A DNA stretch of 64,000 nucleotides. It comes from a bacterium (lineage in GTDB: Bacteria; Electryoneota; JAOADG01). Positions within the stretch are counted from its first letter, which is position 1; every line of letters begins with the position of its first letter. A program made the position numbers and the translations under genes. Positions 59,400 to 64,000 of this stretch are shown here, one piece after another. The stretch lies in assembly GCA_963681965.1 (NCBI GenBank), contig OY820579.1:2144001-2208000 (forward strand), in the 5' to 3' direction. Under the pieces are notes generated by a model. That model saw only the letters and a list, made by a program, of their open reading frames with translations. It was not told the origin of the DNA and made no database searches.

Positions 59400-60744
59400 A
59401 TTTGCCCCGTCTCCGACCGGTGAAATGCATATCGGCGGATTGCGGACAGCGTTGTACGATTGGCTCTGGGCGCGTCATACCGGTGGAGCGATTGTACTTC
59501 GGATCGACGATACCGACCGTACCCGATTTGTCGAAGGGGCGGAAGAACGCCTGACTGCGCTGCTTGCGCAATTCGGAATCGTCGCCGACGAATCGCCTGC
59601 AAACGGCGGTCCGTTCGCACCGTACCGTCAATCGGAACGATTGCATCTGTATCGCGAGGCGATCGATCGTTTGCTCGAAAACGGGAGTGCCTACCGCTGT
59701 TTCTGTACCAACGAGCGGATCGAGGCGATGCAGGCGACACGGCGTGCACAAAAGCTGCCACCGCGCTACGACCGGTTCTGCCGTAATTTGTCGAAGGAAG
59801 AATCCGATCGTCGGGCGCAAACGGAATCGTATACAATTCGAATTGCGATGCCGGATCGCGATCTAATCGTTCATGATGAATTGCGAGGCGATATCCACTT
59901 CAAAGCGGGCTCAACCGACGATACGATTTTATGGAAGAGTGACGGTTATCCCACCTATCATGTCGCAACCGTGGTCGATGATGCGATGATGAAGATCAGC
60001 GATGTGTTGCGCGGGGAGGAGTGGCTCTCGTCATTGCCGATCCACGCGACGATTGCGGCAGGACTCGGGTTGACGCTGCCGCGAATGTATCACATCGGAC
60101 TGATGGTCGACAGTGAAGGGAAGAAGATGTCTAAGCGCACCGGTGGCGCGGAGGCATCCGGTTGGCTGGAGCGGGGTATTCCGCTGGACGCGATTCTGAA
60201 TGGCGTCGCGCGGCTCGGCTGGGATCCCGGAACCAATGCGTTGTTGTCGCTGGAGCAAATGGCGGAGATGTTCGATCTAGCGCAATTGACGACGCACTCG
60301 GTGATGTTTTCCGAAAGCAACTTCACGCATTTTGCGCGGGAAGCGATTGCCTCCGTTCCACTGGCACGATTGATGGAACAGGCACCGTCGCTGCAAGCGT
60401 TGGCGGATCGCGATCCCGATCAGGTGGCGCTGGCATTTTCTCGTGAGGAAGTGGAAACACTCGATGCACTCAGTGAAAAATGGCAATGGTGGCTCGATTT
60501 ACGCGATGGCAGAATTTCGCTGCCGGAAACACCGCCGATTCCCGCGGGATTTGTCGAATCGCTGGCGGAATTCGAACAGCTCGATCTGTGGCTGAAGAAT
60601 TTATCGAAGGCGACGGGATTGAAGGGGAAGGAACTCTGGATGACGCTGCGTCGCAAATTGACCGGCATGGAGCATGGTCCGGAGATGGTTCGCATCGTGA
60701 ATTTCATCGGACGCGAACGCCTGAAGGCGCTGCTTCTCGCATAG
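59383..60744 (+). CDS. gltX: Glutamate--tRNA ligase
   Basis: VRFAPSPTGEMHIGG, LRIDDTD, PYRQSER, RGEEW and KMSKR motifs. Confidence 0.93.
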   Translation: MSARVRFAPSPTGEMHIGGLRTALYDWLWARHTGGAIVLRIDDTDRTRFVEGAEERLTALLAQFGIVADESPANGGPFAPYRQSERLHLYREAIDRLLENGSAYRCFCTNERIEAMQATRRAQKLPPRYDRFCRNLSKEESDRRAQTESYTIRIAMPDRDLIVHDELRGDIHFKAGSTDDTILWKSDGYPTYHVATVVDDAMMKISDVLRGEEWLSSLPIHATIAAGLGLTLPRMYHIGLMVDSEGKKMSKRTGGAEASGWLERGIPLDAILNGVARLGWDPGTNALLSLEQMAEMFDLAQLTTHSVMFSESNFTHFAREAIASVPLARLMEQAPSLQALADRDPDQVALAFSREEVETLDALSEKWQWWLDLRDGRISLPETPPIPAGFVESLAEFEQLDLWLKNLSKATGLKGKELWMTLRRKLTGMEHGPEMVRIVNFIGRERLKALLLA

Positions 60745-60783
60745 GCAATTCGCCGACACTATTTTTCTATCTTGTATTTTATA

Positions 60784-61042
60784 GTAGGGGCGGGCTCCCA
60801 TGCCCGCCCGTTCTTGTATCTTTTTTCTTATTTAGCCGCAGGCTTCAGCCTGCGTTTTTTTTATTCTTGAATCTAGTATCCTTTTAAGGGTGACCCTCCG
60901 CATCCGCCCGATCTTTTTCTTTCGTAGCCGCAGACTTCAGCCTGCGTTTTTTTTATTCTTGAATCTAGTATCCTTTTAAGGGTGACCCTCCGCATCCGCC
61001 CGATCTTTTTCTTTCGTAGCCGCAGACTTCAGCCTGCGTTTT
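60784..61042. repeat. REP plus 92-bp tandem repeat (about 2.3 copies), BIME-like
   Basis: REP at 60784. Units start at 60833, 60925 and 61017, each with TAGCCGCAG.CTTCAGCCTGCG and (full units) a degenerate GGGTGACCCTCCGCATCCGCCC. Confidence 0.8.
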
Positions 61043-61464
61043 TCAAATGGCGCAATAAAATTTCTTTATAATGCGGCGATACTATAAAGTTTTCTTTGTT
61101 GACTTCTAATAAACAAATTTTGTTGAAATTATTTTGAGAATCTTGACATTTCTCAAAAGAGTCATTATTCTAATTGAAATTAGATTTGTTGAAATATTGG
61201 TAAGGGGATAAAATGAAAGATCGAAATGTAGTAATTGCAGAAGTGACAAGAGTTCGTTCATTTTACCTGACGCTCGTAAGTATAATTCAATCGTTAACAT
61301 TAGGTTACCTTCTAAACAAATATTTTGAAATCCTCGCCAGAGGCGAAATGACTGTCATCTTAACAATTCACAGCCTCTGTTCATTAATTGCGATTATCTT
61401 AATATGGCATGAATATGCTGTAGGTGCAGATTCTATTAAATGGCGAGTTGATTTTATTGATAGC

Positions 61465-62682
61465 GAAACCTCTGAAAAAATCACTTTTGTATCACTCTCT
61501 TTTGCCTCATCAGTCTGATTTCGACGATTTTCGAAATGAATTGCAAATTTTAGTGTAATTGGGGTCGATTTTGGTTGGATTTTTTGATGATTTTCGGTGA
61601 TTTCTGCTGCTTGGGCAGAGTTCACTCTCCGATTTATCGTTTTTCAGGTTACCAGCACCAGTTTGCAGGCCCGTTTCAAGTTCACTGCCATGGCGGTAAA
61701 GTAGACTTGTGTCAGATTCCGTTCGATACCGTAATAGCGCAAACGCGCGAGGTGTCCCCACCGCTTCAAGTCGTTCATCTTGGCTTCGATCCGGCTTCGG
61801 ATCCGTGAGTTGGATCGATTGCGGCATCGCTCATGTTCCGTCAAGCGACGATTGCGTCTTGCCTTGTGAAGAATGCCGTCGTACCAGTGGCGGGCGTGAA
61901 TCAAGTTGCGGTGTGCCGTCGAATCGTACGCCTTGTCGGCAAACACGCCACCGGTGTCGTCGGGAAGCAATGCCTCGAACACCTGCGAGTCGTGAACAAT
62001 ATTCGATGTCAAGTCGACTGCTTCGATCAGCTCGCTTTCATGATCCATCGAAACATGCACTTTCATCCCGTCGACCGGTTTATCTTTGCGGACCGTGATG
62101 GTTACATCGGGGTCGACCGGAGTACCGTCGGCACGGGTGGAGCCCGCAGTCGTGGCACCCTTGACCAATGTCGCGTCGACCAGTGTACAACTGCGAACGA
62201 ATAGACCGAACGAAGCCAACTGACGGTTCAATTCATTGAACAATTCCTTCTCGTAACGAAAGTCGCGCAACCGTTGACGGAACCGAACCAGGGTCGAATC
62301 GTCCAACAGATAATCGCGAACGGTAAAACCGATAAACCGTTCGAAGCTGCGTCGGTCGTGGATCTCCTGCACCACTTGTACATCCGACAGACCGTACCAT
62401 TGTTCCAACAGCAACGCTTTGAACAACATCAACGGCGGGATCGGGGGGCGACCGCGGGTGCCGCGGTACATCCGCATTAGCAGCGACTCGATCGGACGAA
62501 AATCGATCAACCGATCGATCTCATCAAGCATGCTCTTCTTGTGACGGCGACACTGATCGTCTAGTTCACCGAAGGTAATCCATTCGCGGGTAGAGGGAAC
62601 GAGGGACATTGTAAACTCCGTTATAGGCTCTAACGGCAATACGAGATAATCATCAAAAACGTGGGATTAAATCAGAGGTTTC
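61465..62682 (-). mobile_element. IS5-family insertion sequence (1218 bp)
   Basis: TIRs GAAACCTCTGA / TCAGAGGTTTC, 5-bp TSD ATAGC (61460-61464, 62683-62687), single transposase. Confidence 0.93.
61644..62609 (-). CDS. IS5-family DDE transposase
   Basis: GRPPIPPLMLFKALLLEQWYGLSD, LVDAT, GMKVHVSMD, ADKAYDS, RSRIE and NLKR motifs. Confidence 0.92.
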   Translation of the reverse strand: MSLVPSTREWITFGELDDQCRRHKKSMLDEIDRLIDFRPIESLLMRMYRGTRGRPPIPPLMLFKALLLEQWYGLSDVQVVQEIHDRRSFERFIGFTVRDYLLDDSTLVRFRQRLRDFRYEKELFNELNRQLASFGLFVRSCTLVDATLVKGATTAGSTRADGTPVDPDVTITVRKDKPVDGMKVHVSMDHESELIEAVDLTSNIVHDSQVFEALLPDDTGGVFADKAYDSTAHRNLIHARHWYDGILHKARRNRRLTEHERCRNRSNSRIRSRIEAKMNDLKRWGHLARLRYYGIERNLTQVYFTAMAVNLKRACKLVLVT

Positions 62683-63207
62683 ATAGCGTAATTCCTTTTT
62701 TATTTGCAATTATTCAATACGCAATGATTTACTTCGGATTCTCCAAATATGGAATTGGTATTTTAGATTCTAACTCATGCTGGGTAATTTCAAATGGTTT
62801 GTTTTCATTTATCGGTTTTATTGCATACAGAAACCAAATCATGAAAGTATCATCTCTGGAGTCAAATCGAGGAAAAATTACTGATTTTACGATGAAAGGT
62901 CCGATTAGATCACTTTATGCATCGAACACTATGTTCACAATTGTCTTTGTGGGTATACTATTCAACATTAGTATTAATTACAGTTTCATTCTTTATTCTT
63001 CGTGGATATTATCTGGAATATATTTATACAATGTGATGCTTACATGGAGAAGTTATTCAAAAAAAAAGAATAGAAGATTAAAAAATGTGAAGTAAATAAC
63101 GAGAAACATCTAATTGTGAGAAGGAAGGTATTGAACTTTTTGACTTAAAAATTTCACAGACAGGAGTCGGACAAAAGTCCTGCCTCCAATCTGCCTTATC
63201 CCTCACT

Positions 63208-63236
63208 TTGTTTTCCCCTCTGAAAATTCGTAAGTT
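63208..63236 (+). promoter_or_regulatory. Putative pyrH promoter
   Basis: TTGTTT-17 nt-TAAGTT. Confidence 0.4.
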
Positions 63237-63263
63237 TCTCGGAATCATTGTGGAACAATCGAT

Positions 63264-64000
63264 ATGCCGAAAGCAGTCCCCTCTACCTCGCAGTACCGCC
63301 GGATATTACTAAAGCTCTCTGGCGAGGCGCTTGCCGGAACTTCCGGAAAAACCTTCGATCCCGCGATTTTGGCACAATTGTCGCGTGAAATCAAATCAGT
63401 CACCGACCTCGGTGTCCAAGTCGGCGTTGTCATCGGCGGTGGCAACATCTTCCGGGGTTCGAGTCAACTCGGTCAGGGTCTGGATCGTGTGCAAGGTGAT
63501 CACATGGGAATGCTGGCAACGGTGATCAATGCCCTCGCCCTGCAATCCAATTTCGAGAAAGTCGGCGTTCCAACCCGCGTCATGACCGCATTTCCGATCA
63601 CAACCGTCGCCGAACCCTTCATCCGGCGCAAGGCAATCCGCCACCTCGAAAAAGGGCGCGTCGTCGTTTTTGCGGGCGGCACCGGAAATCCTTATTTTAC
63701 GACCGATACCGCAGCAGCCTTGCGGGCAACTGAAATTGGCGCCGAAATCATTCTCAAAGCGACGCAGGTCGACGGGATCTATACCGACGATCCACACCGC
63801 AATCCGAACGCAATCCGGTTGCCGAAGATCACCTATCACGATGTCTTGGAAAAAGGGCTGCGGGTGATGGATTTGACCGCAATTACATTTGCGATGGACA
63901 ATCGCATACCGATCGGCGTCTTCAGTCTGCAACCGGAAGGGAATTTGTTGCGGGTCGTGAATGGCGAACCGATCGCCAGTTGGGTATCCGGAGGGGAAGA
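63264..64000 (+). CDS. pyrH: UMP kinase (runs off the window end)
   Basis: YRRILLKLSGEAL, VIGGGNIFRG, DHMGMLATVINAL, GTGNPYFTTDTAAALRA and VMDLTA motifs. Absent from the ORF track because no stop lies in the window. Confidence 0.96.
   Translation, partial: MPKAVPSTSQYRRILLKLSGEALAGTSGKTFDPAILAQLSREIKSVTDLGVQVGVVIGGGNIFRGSSQLGQGLDRVQGDHMGMLATVINALALQSNFEKVGVPTRVMTAFPITTVAEPFIRRKAIRHLEKGRVVVFAGGTGNPYFTTDTAAALRATEIGAEIILKATQVDGIYTDDPHRNPNAIRLPKITYHDVLEKGLRVMDLTAITFAMDNRIPIGVFSLQPEGNLLRVVNGEPIASWVSGGE

Larger units (their letters stand above)
61213..63095 (+). pseudogene. AT-rich multi-pass membrane protein gene (about 219 aa) interrupted by an IS5-family element
   Basis: 61213..61464 joins in frame to 62688..63095 (WRVDFIDS|VIPFLFAII) once the IS and one TSD copy are removed. 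Confidence 0.85.

Noticed and set aside
60833-61042. CRISPR array
   Set aside because: The intervening sequences are identical rather than unique spacers, there are only about 2.3 units, and no cas genes are present.

Overview
64-kb window from a bacterium that is probably in the FCB superphylum but outside Bacteroidota. This is inferred from five genes with type-A T9SS C-terminal domains (YPNPFN motif) together with GGAGG Shine-Dalgarno sites and sigma70-like promoters. Positions 1-41 kb are an accessory region of large secreted modular proteins: an IS3-split zinc metalloprotease with an upstream partner gene, a BNR/YCF48 beta-propeller, and three giants (2675 aa BACON-repeat, 2908 aa CARDB-repeat, 2303 aa nidogen-like/FN3). 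The same region holds a TPR protein, two IS3-family elements, and a tRNA-Arg(ACG)-derived att junction with an integrase remnant. Positions 41-64 kb are mostly core genes (cinA, DUF1385, rpmE, FabK/FabX-like flavoprotein, glycosyltransferase, ruvA-ruvB-queA-ispDF-dedA-gltX, pyrH), mixed with more T9SS cargo, REP-type repeats and an IS5-split membrane protein gene. The best leads are: (1) a shared non-type-A C-terminal domain on the two giants that lack a classical T9SS CTD; (2) a small family of REP-carrying MITE-like elements bracketing cargo genes; (3) a partner-gene plus metalloprotease module with an orphan paralog; (4) an attP-like tandem-integration junction; (5) TCGA/CGATCG enrichment in native-looking DNA. 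All family assignments come from motif recognition by eye; no database searches were run.
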